Shown in pieces: positions 12,281-25,191 of a stretch of 64,000 bases of DNA (position 1 is its first letter; the number at the start of each line of letters is the position of its first letter). The position numbers were made by a program, and so were the translations under genes. This stretch comes from Phyllobates terribilis. Lineage: Eukaryota. Under the pieces are notes generated by a model. It was given only the letters and a program-made list of their open reading frames with translations, had not been told where the DNA came from and ran no database searches. The DNA is taken from the NCBI RefSeq assembly GCF_046119375.1, contig NW_027362761.1, positions 754,726,001 to 754,790,000 of the forward strand. The letters are read 5' to 3'.

Positions 12281-12994
12281 GACGGCCCCTATCCATATAG
12301 ACACCCCCCCGGAAGAAGCGGTGGTGAAACGTTGTTTCTAAGCATTTAGCTTTGTAAATTCATTATGTGAATTGCACTTTACAGCACTTAGGTGTGCTAT
12401 TTTGGACGGCAATTTTTTCTTCCCAGCAATTTGTGTCTTCATGCTTAACTGTATGCTTTTCTGCATTAAATCACTGATATGCACTTTAGTAATCACTGAA
12501 TATATTGTCATTGCACAATTATCATAATTATATTAAATGTGTGATGCAAATGTGTATACTCAACTGTTGGTGTATTTATCCTATTTTTGGATGCATATGT
12601 AATTGGAAAGGCTTGATTTGATGTTATTTTGGGCATACCCCTCCCTCTCCTGAGCTGTTTTTTATTTAATTTTAATGTGTCCTTGTTTTTGTCATTTATT
12701 ATCTAAATAAAGTGGTTATTATGTATATTCAATATTACTGTCTATGTCCCTCTCATTGAATACCTCCTTTGGGTCTCTCAGCCGGCTTATCAGAGGCCAG
12801 CAGTTGACATTGGAGTACCCATCGCAGGTGGCCCATCACTTCACTGCCCTGAACCACTGTGATGGCTATGGAGGATGAAGAGGTTGTGGGAGCGGGGAAA
12901 GGTAGGAAGAATCTTTTTATTTATTTTTTAAACATGTTGGAGAGGGCTGCCAGGACTAGGGACATTTTAAAAGAATAGGGCAAAAAAAAGAAAA

Positions 12995-13438
12995 TATCAA
13001 AGACTGACCGTCACTTTCAAACAGAAAAACAAGTGTGAACAGGTGCAAGCTAAAAGAGCCACTTCCATATGTAACTTACAAATTAAAGCTGCACTCTGAA
13101 ACCCTATAGTAGTTTTAATCACAGCTAGACCCTGCCTACCCATATAACTGTAAGCTATCAGTCCAGGAGAGGTATCATTTTAGGTTAGGTTCCCAGCAAA
13201 GAAGGTTGCCTTTTCGATGGTTGTTGGGCACAAATGAATTGGCCAATTTATGCGCTAAGTACCTTACTTTTTAACTTTTTTCTAGAGCAGCAATGCAATT
13301 CCAATTTCATATATTCCATGGTTCCATACTATTGCATTACAGAGTGCAGCTTAAATTGTTACATATGTAAGTGGCTCTCTTAGCTTGCACCTGCTCACAC
13401 CTGTTTTTCTGTTTGGAAGTGACTGTCAGTCTTTGATA
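12995..13438. mobile_element. Foldback/MITE-like element with ~110-bp inverted arms
   Basis: TATCAAAGACTGACCGTCACTTTCAAACAGAAAAAC...GCTGCACTCTG at left is the inverse of CAGAGTGCAGC...GTTTTTCTGTTTGGAAGTGACTGTCAGTCTTTGATA at right. Confidence 0.7.
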
Positions 13439-13454
13439 CTTATAATTAATAAAA

Positions 13455-15440
13455 GAGGCCAGGATGGGGGACATTATTAAAGAAATAGGCCAGGATAGGG
13501 AATATTAATTCAGAATGGGGGAAATTATTACAGAATAAGGGACGTTATTACAGAATGGGGGGCATTATTACAGGATAGGAGTCAGGATGGAGGACATTTT
13601 ACAGGATAGGGCCCAGGATGCAGGACATTACTGCAGGTTAGGGGACATTACTACAGGATGGGGAGCATTAATAAAGGATAGGAACCAGGATGGAGGATAC
13701 AGTGGCATGTAAAATTTTGGGCACCCTGGTCAAAATTACTATTGTTGTGAACAATTAAGCAAGTTGAAGATGAAATGATCTCTAAAAAAGCTAAAGTTAA
13801 AGATGACACATCTTCTTTGTATTTTAGGCAAAAAATAGTCAATTTTTACATTTTAAAAATTACAAAAAGGAAAATGGGTCGATGAAAAAGTTTGGGCAAC
13901 CTTGGAAATTTATGTGCTCTGATAACTTTGACTAAGGTTTCAGGCCTTAATCAGCCTTTTAGGCTTATGGCTTGTTCACTATCATCGTTAGAAAAGGCCA
14001 GGTGATGCAAATTTCCCAGCTTTATATAAACCCAGCCTCCTCTAACCTTGTGCCAAAAAACAGCAAATGTGGGTTCTTCTAAGCAGCTACCTAGCTCTCT
14101 GAAAATGGTGGAGGCCCACAAAGCAGGAGAAGGCTATAAAAAGATAGCAAAGAGTTTTCAAGTTGTCCTTTCCTCAGTTTGAAATGTAACAGTGGAGGTC
14201 AAGATAATGTATGGAAGACCAAGCAAAATTTCAGAGAGAGCTGCTTGTAGGATTGCTAGAGAGGCATATCAGAACTCCCGCTTGACTGCAAAAGACCTTC
14301 AGAAAGATTTAGAAGACTCTGGAGTTGTGGTACATTGTTCTACTGTTCAGAGACACCTGCACAAATATGGCATTCATGGAAGAGTCACCAGAACAAAACC
14401 TCCCCTGTGTCCTCACCACAAAATACAGCGTCAGAAGTATGCAAGAGAACATTTTGAACAAGCCTGATACATTTTGGAAACAAGTCCTGTGGACCGATGA
14501 GGTTAAAATAGAACTCTTTGGCCACAATGATCATAGTTATGTGTGGAGAAAAAAGGGCAGAGTTTCACAGAATTTCAGGAAAATAACATCTCGCTAACCA
14601 TTAAGCAACCAACCATGGGGGTAAATATCTCATGCTTTGGGGTTGCGTTGCAGCCAATGACACGGCGAACATTTAACGGTTTGAGGGTAGAATGGATTCA
14701 ATTAAATTACAACAAATTTTTGATACAAACATAACACCATCTGTAAAAAAGCTGAAGTTGAAAAGAGGATGGCTTCTACAAATGAATAATGATCCTAACC
14801 ACACATCAAAATCCACAATGGACTACCTCAAAAGGCGCAAGCTGAAGGTTTTACAATGGCCCTCACAGTCCCCTGATCTGAACATCATTGAAAATCTGTG
14901 GCTAGACCTCAAAATAGCAGTGCATGCAAGACAACCCAGGAATCTTACAGAACTGGAAGAATTTCCCAAGGATGAATGGATGAAAATCCCTCAAACAAGA
15001 ATTGAAAGACTCTTGCCTGACTACAAAAAGTGTTTACAAGCTGTGATACTTGTAAAAGGGGGTGCTACTAGGCACTAACCATACAGGGTGCCCAAACTTT
15101 TGCATCTGCCAATTTTCTTTTCAGAAATTTTTAAAATGTAAAAAATTACAATATATATATATATATATTTGCCTAAAATACAAAGGAAAGGTGTCACTTT
15201 TAGAGATTTTAACCAGGGGTGGCTAAACTTGTACATGCCACTATATTATTACAGGATGGGTGGCATTATTAGAGGATAGGGGCCAGGATGAAGTACACTA
15301 TTAAAAAAGGGGTCAGGACAAGGAACATTATTAAAGAAAAGGGCAAGAACAGCGGACATTATTAAATGTTAGGGGCCTGAATAGAGAACAGTACAATATG
15401 GGGGGAATTATTGCAGAAAGGGGGACCTTATTACAGAATA
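13455..15440. repeat. Degenerate ~30-bp minisatellite (CAGGATGGGGACATTATTA-like) split by a Tc1 insertion
   Basis: The motif repeats at 13455-13699 and resumes at 15244-15440. Confidence 0.7.
13700..15243 (+). mobile_element. Tc1 transposon family B, degenerate transposase
   Basis: TA then CAGTGGCATGTAAA at left, ...TACATGCCACTA at right; fragments with WTDEVKIELFG, NDPNHTSK and WPSQSPDLNIIENLW (14192-15078). Confidence 0.92.
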
Positions 15441-16249
15441 GATGTAGTATTTTGCAGCAGGGAACTTGTGCGCATGTGCTGTGAAGGAAGAGTAACTCAA
15501 CGGAGGCTGCGCACAAGTTCCCTGCTGCACAACACTACACTGACAGCAAGGAGAAGAATGCCGTCCCTACAGAGGAAACAGCGCAGGGGCGGGATCCGGC
15601 CGGGAACTGCATGTCACAGGGCCCTGTGATGTGCAGGGGAGGTGGGGTGAGTATGGAAATAGGGCTAGTAGGTGGGCATTTCTTGGCATCCGGGGGACGC
15701 GAAGCTTAGCAAAAATAATTTAATAAAAAAGTAATTTCACAGCAATCAGACCACTAATATGAGTCATACAGGTACAGTAGGTATAGATTCACATTTCTAT
15801 CACCTGTATGCCCATATTAACGGTCTGAAAAGTCCTAGGGGGGTGATAGATTCCCTTTAATCATGCTTTTTTCTGCAGATAACAGTTAGATTAGCTATAC
15901 ATAGGATTTCCATTGATATTTTTCATATGGGCTATCTGGCATATGCTTTTACTGCTTCCTCATCCGGGTACACCCACCTTGTGCCTTATGTGTATTTTGT
16001 CTCACAGTTTTATATGTATCTTTATTATGTTTTTTTCTAAATATTTATCAATAAAATACTGTGTTTTACTCTTATACATTTGGCCTTTTGAAAAGTTTTT
16101 TTTGGAGATATTACCCATACAGTATCATGTTATAAGCAGCACATTTGCAGTTTTCACCAGGCGATGTGCTGCTGAAACCATGTTTTTTTTCCAGCATAAA
16201 CAATCCAATCACCCGATGAATTGACAGCATTTTGCTCGTTTAGTACAAT

Positions 16250-16968
16250 GCACCCCATAGTCGTCCACATAGTATAATGTACCCCATAGTCTTTCATATT
16301 GTATAATGCACATCCCATAGTCCTCCATATAGTATAATGCGCCCCATAGTCTTCCACATAGTATAATATGCCCCATAGTCCTCCACAAATTATAATGTGC
16401 CCCATAGTTCTCCATCTAGTATGATGTGCCCCATAGTCCTCCATATAGTATAATGTGCCCCATAGTTCTCCATCTAGTATGATGTGCCCCATAGTCCTCC
16501 ATATAGTATAATGTGCCCCATAGTCCTCCATATCGTATAATGTGCCCCATTGTTCTCCAAATAGTATAATATGCCCCATAGTCCTCCATATAGTATAATG
16601 TGCCCCATAGTCTTCCACATAGTATAATATGCCCCATAGTCCTCCACAAATTATAATGTGCCCCATAGTTCTCCATCTAATATGATGAGCCCCATAGTCC
16701 TCCATATAGTATAATGTGCCCCATAGTTCTCCATGTAGTATGATGTGCCCCATAGTCCTCCATATAGTATAATGTGCCCCATAGTCCTCCATATAGTATA
16801 ATGTGCCCCATTGTTCTCCAAATAGTATAATATGCCCCATTGTCCTCCATATAGTATAATGCACACCCCATAGTCCTCCATATAGTATAATATATTCCCC
16901 ATAGTCCTCTATATACAATAATGCACCCCCATAGCCCTCAATATACAATAATGCACCCCATAGTCCTC
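16250..16968. repeat. ~31-bp minisatellite (CCCCATAGTCCTCCATATAGTATAATGTG), left part
   Basis: Direct tandem units; the array continues at 26609 after the LTR element. Confidence 0.95.
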
Positions 16969-18020
16969 TGTGACGATACAGAGTAAAATCTTAATTATTC
17001 CAGACATACTTTCCAATGGCAAGAGCAGCATTCCTTTATTTTTATGTTGACTCTTTAATCTCTGTTCTTCTTCAGTTGATTAACACAGACTACTATTTGT
17101 ATAACCCTAAATGTTATCTGCTCTTTGATTCTGAAACAATGATGTGTATTTACAAGAGCCCCTGTGATACAAGCTAAGTAAATTGATTATCTCAATATAA
17201 TGTGAGGCTGCCCTCCAAAAACCCCTTGATCTGTGGATGTGTATTTAAAAAGGAGATATGATTTTGTAACAGTTAGACTTGAGCCCAGAGAAGCAGAAGG
17301 AACATGTGTTTCTGAGACAGGGGGAGTCTTGGGACAGAGATTCAGACAGACTTTGGAAGGAGAATAAGAGACATCCTCCAGGACAGCAGATGCATTGCAT
17401 GGCATTACCAAAAAGACACAGATTGTAATTCTATATTATTCTAGCCTAAGGGTACTGGCCCTGACTGGAATGATTTGGATCTGCTACATTAACCATCAGA
17501 GAGACATGGATACATTTTGGGGAGTCCAGGAGAGGACGAAGAAGTCACCTGGCCCCATGGATATGTTGTTTTTGGGTTCCTAGGAGGGACCCACCGGTCT
17601 CCTAGAACCCATGGAGACATATGGAGTTGCCAGGAGGGACCCACCGCTCGCCTGGCTCCATGGAAACTCTCGGAGAGGACAGATTTGGACCCTCGGTTTT
17701 CCTGGTCTTGTACCTTGATGGACTGCTAGCTTCCTAAGCTTGCTGCTACCTCCTCTCTGTAGGGGCACGCCAGAAGCGGGGGGCCACTAGTTGAGGTAGT
17801 CTGCCCGGGAAGTCTCCAAAGTAGCGGCTGTTCTATCCCAGGCGGGCCAGCGGAAGGGTGAGACTGTGTAAGGTTGTACCATCTTGGGTATTTGCTGGGA
17901 CTGTTCTGTGTGCTTATTGTCTGCTTTGTGGTTCAATAAAGTATTGCCTTGCTATTTAACCCTCACCCTGTGTTGTCTGAGTAGTGTTATGCCCACGTAA
18001 GACCCCGGGTCTTCACATTT

Positions 18021-18038
18021 TGGTGGCAGAGGTGTGAT
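18021..18038 (+). promoter_or_regulatory. Primer-binding site complementary to the 3' end of tRNA-Leu(AAG/TAG)
   Basis: TGGTGGCAGAGGTGTGAT against the expected TGGTGGCAGCGGTGGGAT (16/18; tRNA end recalled from memory), 3 nt after LTR1. Confidence 0.75.
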
Positions 18039-19909
18039 ACTACTCAGCCCAGCAGAGGTGGGGGAGCTGCATGGAACTGGTGTTAGCACACACTGTCCAA
18101 AGGGCTCCACAACCAGGGAGGCATGTAGACAGACCCAGCAGACCATAGGTGAGGCATACACAGTGGGTTTCGGATGCTACTACGTCCAACCCCAGCAGCT
18201 CGGCCTTGGGACGAGGACTGGAGAGGATATACAGCAGCAACAAGTAATGGCAACTACAGGAGCTGTGCCAGCTTCAACGGATTGAATACCAGGCCACCAA
18301 CACTCATCGGATTTAATTCAGGAACCACAGGATGCAGATGAAGGCATGTGTGGATGCAATGGACACCAGTCTGTTTTCTTCAATTACGTTTGGAGTTTAT
18401 TTGCAAGGAAGACATGGAATATGCTCTGAGCAAACTGGGTGATGCAAAGTTTTGTTCCCATGAAGGTGAAACATCTTACATTCATGTCTGTGCTTAAAGA
18501 CATGCTGATGGACTGCCTACAATAAGTGGAGAAGGATGACTGGGATCCTATCATGTCTGGTTAATTAAGATTAGGGGAGGAATGTGACGATACAGAGTAA
18601 AATCTTAATTATGCCAGACATACTTTCTAATGGCAAGAGCAGCATTCCTTTATTTTTATGTTGACTCTTTAATCTCTGTTCTTCTTTAGTTGATTAACAC
18701 AGACTACTATTTGTATAACCCTAAATGTTATCTGCTCTTTGATTCTGAAACAATGATGTGTATTTACAAGAGCCCCTGTGATACAAACTAAGTAAACTGA
18801 TTATATCAAAACAATGAGAGCTGAGCCATGTGAGGCTGCCCTCCAAAAACCCCTTGACCTGTGGATGTGTATTTAAAAAGGAGATATGCTTTTGTAGCAG
18901 TTAGACTAGAGCCCAGAGAAGCAGAAGGGACATGTGTTCCTGAGACAGAGGGAGTCTTCGGACAGAGATTCAGACAGACTTTGGAAGGAGAATGAGAGAC
19001 ATCCTCCAGGACAGCAGATGGATTGCATGGCATTACTGTAACGGGTCTGGGAGGTGGAACCTCTGAGCTACTATACAAAGGGACAGTCCTTGTAAGGAAG
19101 CGGGTGGCTCCCAGGGAAGGCGGGCAGGTAGTCACGGCAAGTGACAGGAACAGTCTCTGGGTAGAAGGTCGCGGCAAGTGACGGGAACAGTCTCTTGACA
19201 GGCAGGTGGTCACGGCAAGTGACAGCAGGGTAAGAGTCTCTAGACAGGCAGGTGGTCACGGCAAGTGACGGCAGAGCCTCTAGGTAGGCTAGCAGGCGGG
19301 TAGCAGGTGAGCTCTCCCAGGTGAGCGGGTAAGAGTCTCTCGGCTGGCTGGCAGGTGGTCACAGCAAGTGACGGCAGAGCCTCCAGGTAGGCTAGCTGGC
19401 GGGTAGCAGGTGAGCGCTCCCAGGTGAGCGGGTAAGAGTCTCTCGGCTGGCTGGCAGGTGGTCTCAGGCAGGTATCAGGCAGGTGGACTGGTTCATAGAC
19501 AGACTGGCGGATGCTGGTAGACAGACCGTCGGACCGCAGGGAATGCAAGCAGGTAGACAGAGCTGGAAAACAGACTGGCAACGGGACCTGAGGGCTGAAG
19601 CAGAGATGAAAGGCTTTGCAACAACCTTGCTCCGGCACCTCCATTTTGGAGGAGGTGACTTATATATGGGAGCTCCACCGGCAATTGGCCGGGGACTCCT
19701 TAGGACGACGCGCGCGGCCCCTTTAAGAGGGAGGGAGCGCGCGCGCCCTAAGCACAGTTCCCGGGAAGCAGCGAGCACTGCCAGCAGCGCGGGAAGAGGA
19801 CGCCAAGGACGGAGCAGGGAGGTGAGGGGAACGGCGTCTCTGCCTAGCAGGAGGCAGGGACGCCGACGCTACAGTACCCCCCCCTTTAGGTCCTCCCTTT
19901 TTTAGGCCG

Positions 19910-20189
19910 GAGAGAAATTTATCAAGGATGAGCGGGGCATGGATGTTCTCCCAGGGCTCCCACATTCTCTCCTCAGGACCAAACCCCTTCCAATCCACTA
20001 GAAAAAAGGTCTTTCCTCTTACCCTTTTGGTGGCCAGAATGCTCTCTACCTCAAACTCGTCTTCAGCGGAAACCGGAGCAGGAGGCGTACCTGTAGACTT
20101 GGAAAAAGAGTTAAGTACCACAGGTTTGAGGAGAGATACATGGAAGGAGTTAGGGATCCGCAAGTTGGCCGGGAGTTTCAATTTATAGG
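19910..20189 (-). pseudogene. pol: pol C-terminus (end of GPY/F module and chromodomain) of Gypsy element 2
   Basis: KLPANLRIPNSFHVSLLKP...FEVESILATKRVRGKTFFLVDWKGFGPEERMWEP. Confidence 0.92.
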
Positions 20190-21044
20190 TGTAATGCAGC
20201 AGCTTGCTAGCATTACTGTAAATGGTCCAGGATGTGTTTTACCTGACCATGTACCTTCCCCTTTAACTGACTGGTCACATGACTGTGACATCACACAGGT
20301 CCTGTATGCACAGTAAAGGTCTGTACACATGACTGGGACAGCACACAGGACCTATACACACAGCTGATTGATCACATGACTGTGACATCAGCAAGGTCCT
20401 GTCAGTATGGGTGTATGTGTGCACAGGATATATAAACCCCGGTAATTGGAGACAGGTGTGTTCGGTGTGAGAGACATGAGGCCTGTTCCCCATGTGTGTG
20501 GGACACCGTTCTGCCTAGTGAGGCTGAGTGAAGCCTGGCAGCCTGAAAGGCTGAGACTGGATCCTGTGAGTGGATGCTAATGGCCTTGGAAGGCAGAGGC
20601 TTGGTGAAGAGTCCGGAAAGGCGCAGACTGGATGTGTGTGAGTGAAACATTCCAGTAGGCTTAGACGGGACGATGGCTAGAGATCCCTACCTGGGAAGCC
20701 ACAAAGCCACAGTGGTGGCGGATTAAAGGGACTGCAGCAACTAAACCCGGCAAAGGTAATACACTTTGTTACATGGACTGTGTTATGGACATTGCTATAG
20801 TATTACCTTGCTGAAGGCTGTGTCCTGGGCCAATTGGGCCTGTCTGCTATTTGAGAGACTCCCGGATGTTAAGTGTGTAAACATTCCGGTGACAAACTAA
20901 GATGGACATTATGTGTGTGAACAGCGGTTTATGATAACATAATAAACTGCTGTATTGAGAAAATACCGGAAGGACATTGCACGTGTGCTTAATTTACCCG
21001 GTGCAGCGAGTATCCCCCAGTATGGTGACTAGGGCTGCCTTACA
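20190..21044 (+). mobile_element. Solo LTR (855 bp) of an unrelated family with a 4-bp TSD
   Basis: TGTAA...TTACA ends, TAGG on both sides (20186-20189, 21045-21048), TATATAAA near 20429, AATAAA at 20941; removing it restores the pol frame. Confidence 0.88.
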
Positions 21045-23988
21045 TAGGCCACCGGGTTGATTTGTTTGATAACTTCCAGTGGGCCGATGAACCGAGGCCC
21101 TAACTTGTAGGAAGGAATCTTGAGCCGGACATATTTGGACGAGAGCCAGACTTTATCTCCAGGACGGAATTGGGGCGGATCCAGATGTCTCTTGTCAGCC
21201 TGTTTCTTCATCCGCTCGGAGGACTGAAGAAGTGCGGATCTGGTACTTTCCCAAATGGAGGAGAATTCGCTAACAAGAGATTCCGCGGCCGGATTATCCA
21301 CCGAGGCGGAGACGGGAAACGGGATCCGAGGATGTTGACCGTAGACAATAAAAAACGGGGATTTGGAGGAAGACTCGCTCTCGTGATTATTATAGGAAAA
21401 TTCGGCCCACGGTAAAAGATCCACCCAGTCGGAATGGTGGGCATTAACAAAGTGCCGGAGGTAACTGGTTAAAATTTGGTTGATCCGCTCTACTTGACCA
21501 TTGGACTGTGGGTGATAAGCAGAGGAGAAGTCCAAGGTGACCCCCAGCAGTTTACACATGGCTCTCCAGAAGCGAGAGGTGAACTGAACTCCTCGGTCGG
21601 ATATGATGTGGAGAGGGAGACCATGAAGACGGAAAATATGATGGATAAAGTCTTTAGCCAATTCAGATGCAGACGGAAGGCCCGGCAGGGGAATGAAGTG
21701 AGCCATCTTAGAGAAGCAGTCAGCGACCACCCAAATGACCGTACAACCAGCAGAGACAGGGAGATCCATTATAAAGTCCATGGCTATATGCTGCCACGGG
21801 GCAGCAGGTATGGGAAGAGGCAGAAGGCGGCCGGCTGGCAGATGTCTAGCAACCTTGTTGCGGGTGCAGGACGCACAGGCTGAGACAAAGTCTATTACGT
21901 CCTTGTGCAGGGTAGGCCACCAGTAATGCCGGGTAATAAGCAGGAGGGTCTTTTTCTGGCCAGCATGGCCAGCTAGCTTAGACGAATGTCCCCAGTGTAG
22001 GACTTTCTCACGATCAGGTACTGTTACGAACGTCTTACCGGGTGGAAAACGATTTAGATCCATGGGAGCCACTAGCATTACCTTGGCGGGGTCAATGATG
22101 TGCTTTGGCTCCTCCTCTAGATCGGAGAACAAAAAGGATCGGGACAAGGCATCAGCTTTGATATTTTTGTCAGCCGGGCGAAAATGAAGAATGAAATCTA
22201 AGCGGGCGAAGAACAAGGACCACCGGGCTTGGCGCGGGTTAAGTCTTTGGGCACTCTGGAGATAAGCCAAGTTTTTGTGATCCGTGTAGATTATTACCGG
22301 GTGAAGAGCCCCCTCGAGCAGGTAACGCCACTCCTCCAGTGCCAACTTAATGGCTAACAATTCTCGGTCTCCTATAGAATAATTGCGCTCAGATGAGGAG
22401 AAGAGTTGGGAGAAGAAGCCACAGGTTACCATTCTTCCGGATGACGACTTTTGGGTGAGCACCGCTCCGGCTCCGGAGGAGGAAGCGTCTACTTCTAAGA
22501 AGAATTGTTTGTTGCTGTCAGGACGGTGCAGCACAGGAGCGGAGGAGAAAGCTTGTTTCAAAGACAGGAAGGCCTCCTCTGCCTCGGGCGGCCATTCTTT
22601 GGGATTAGCGCCCTTACGGGTGAGCACAGAGATAGGGGCAGTCCGGGAAGAGAAGTGCGGAATGAAGAGGCGGTAGTAGTTGGCGAAGCCCAGGAACCGC
22701 TGGATAGCCTTCAACCCCTCCGGTCGGGGCCACTTCTGGATGGCAGAAAGTTTCTCAGGATCCATTCGTAGACCGGTCTGAGAGATGATGTAGCCCAGAA
22801 ATGGAAGCGAGGTCTGCTCAAAGAGGCACTCCTCAAATTTTGCGTAGAGGTGGTTTTGCCTGAGCCTGAGCAGGACCTGACGAACGTCCCTCCGGTGTGT
22901 GGGGAGATCCAGAGAGAAGACCAAGATGTCGTCCAGGTATACCACCACGCAGGAGTAGAGAAGGTCACGGAAGATATCATTGACCAACTCTTGAAAGACG
23001 GCGGGAGCATTACAGAGACCGAAGGGCATTACGAGGTATTCATAGTGGCCGTCCCGGGTGTTGAATGCCGTCTTCCATTCATCCCCCTGACGGATACGAA
23101 CCAGGTTATAGGCCCCACGGAGATCCAGCTTGGTGAAGATTCTAGCACCCCTCAGACGGTCAAATAATTCAGGAATGAGCGGAAGGGGGTATTTGTTCTT
23201 TACCGTGATCTGGTTAAGGCCTCTATAGTCTATGCAGGGATGGAGTGAGCTGTCCTTCTTTTTAACGAAGAAGAAGCCTGCTCCCGCCGGGGAGGTAGAT
23301 TTCTGGATAAATCCCCGGGCCAGGTTCTCCTCGATATATTCAGACATGGACTGGGTCTCAGCAGCGGACAAAGGGTAGATACGCCCTCGGGGCAGAGTAG
23401 CGCCAGGTACCAAGTCGATAGGGCAATCGTATGGTCTATGAGGAGGTAATGTCTCTGCTTCCTTTTTATTAAAGACATCAGCATAAGACCAATAGGGTAC
23501 TGGCAGGCCGGGTAGATTGGCTGGGGGAGGAGAAGGACGGGCAGGACGAATGGGAACTAAACAAGTCTTATGGCAGTCCTGTCCCCAGCGAAGGACTTCT
23601 CCGGTCTGCCAATTAAGCACGGGTGCATGTCTCTAGAGCCAAGGTAGGCCAAGCAAAAGGGCATGAGAGAGTCCAGGTAGAACATGGAAGAAGATGCTCT
23701 CAGAGTGCAGCATTCCCACCTGCAGAGTTATGGATTCGGTGATAAGTTGGATGGGATGCGGTAAGAGGAGGCGACAGATAAGGGTTCGGCCAGAGGTTTG
23801 GTGGGAATGCGGTATTTTTCTACCAGGGACTGAGAAATGAGATTTCCGGCAGCTCCAGAATCAAGTTGAGCTAGTTCAAAGTAACGGTTCTCCCCACAGA
23901 TGATAGAGACCGACAGCATCAGAGATGGAGAGGGTTTATTCTTGTCTAAGACGACCTCTCTGAGCGATCCTAGACACAGGCGTTTCCC
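21045..23988 (-). pseudogene. pol: pol of Gypsy element 2 (protease frameshifted; RT-RNase H-integrase open over ~2.6 kb)
   Basis: LDSGAAGN protease at 23728-23919; ORF 21029-23620 with YLDD, TDHKNL, integrase H-H-C-C, MDFIMDLP, SDRGVQF, GQVER; cut by the solo LTR at INPVAY. Confidence 0.95.
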
Positions 23989-24958
23989 GACCTCTCCGGG
24001 CAGGAACGGATCCGGTGCTCCTTACTGCCACAGTAGAAGCAGCTCCCCTCGGCACGGCGTGACTCTTGACGGGTTTTGACCATCTTGGTCTGGTCGACCT
24101 GCATAGGCTCGGGTGAGTGAGCCTGGGGAGTAACAGAGGAAGCGACAGGATTCTGGAAGGTAGGAGCAAGGCGAGGAAACCTCCTCTCACGGGTGACCTC
24201 TTTGGTACGCTCCTGGAACCGGATGTCAATCTGGGTGGCAAGTGTTATTAAGTCGTCGAGAGTGGTAGGAATGTCCCGACCGGCAAGTTCATCTTTAATC
24301 CGGACGGATAGACCTTCCCAGAAGACGGACACCAGGGCGTCATTATCCCAGGCAAGCTCAGGTTGCTAAAATGGACTCAACTCAAACGCAGCAAGGCGAA
24401 CTGTTATGTGTACGGAACCGTATGGCATATTGGCCCACGGTGAGACTCCCTTGACGGAGGCGTAGCAGAGATGAGGCGGATGAGGTCTTTCATCCTGGTT
24501 CGTCGAAGACTTTCCGGAAGGCCGTGAGAAAGGCTGGCAGGTAGGACACCAGGGGTTCTCCTCTCTCCCATAGAGGATTTAGCCAAGCCAGCGCCTCCCC
24601 AGTGAGATGGGACATGATGAAGGTCCCTTTGGCTCGGTTGGTGGAAAACTGGTGTGCCAAAAGTTCGAAGTGCGGGGTGCACTGGTTAATGAAGCCCCGT
24701 GCCTGACCGGGATCTCCACCAAAACGAGGCGGGGCGGAAAGGCGGGGACCGGGAAGGGATGCCATGGTATTGATGGGCAGCGGCGCTGCCGGGGTAGTAG
24801 TTGTGAGAGTGGAAGCAGCTCCCGACGAGGCAGTCAGTGTGTCCAGGCTGGAGTGAACACTACGCAGGTGGCCCAAGATGGAGTCCTGTTGGGACCTCTG
24901 ACGGGAAAGTTCATGACATAGGTCTGAGAGCGAGGGAGCTTGGGTGCCACCGGGTTCC
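23970..24958 (-). pseudogene. gag: gag of Gypsy element 2 (disrupted), ending after the CCHC knuckle
   Basis: MEPGG...PPRFGGDPGQARGFINQC...FRKVFDEPG; IDIRFQER; PEPMQVD; CFYCGSKEHRIRSC. Confidence 0.92.
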
Positions 24959-25191
24959 ATGGCCCGAGCAAACTGTAACGGGTCTGGGAGGTGGAACCTC
25001 TGAGCTACAATACAAAGGGACAGTCCTTGTAAGGAAGCGGGTGGCTCCCAGGGAAGGCGGGCAGGTAGTCATGGCAAGTGACAGGAACAGTCTCTGGGTA
25101 GAAGGGCAGGAGCTCGCGGCAAGTGACGGGAACAGTCTCTTGACAGGCAGGTGGTCACGGCAAGTGACAGCAGGGTAAGAGTCTCTAAACA

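Noticed and set aside
12290-12780. Penelope-like 3' end (GAAGAAGC..GAAACGTTG..AATAAA); similar texture at 37560-38450
   Set aside because: No RT or GIY-YIG remnant or boundary could be found.
16154-16948. 264-aa repetitive ORF and similar ORFs at 26604-27183 and 30627-32113
   Set aside because: These are translations of minisatellites that lack stops; multiple frames are open equally.
18021-18038. tRNA gene
   Set aside because: Only an 18-nt complement of a tRNA 3' end (a PBS); no cloverleaf.
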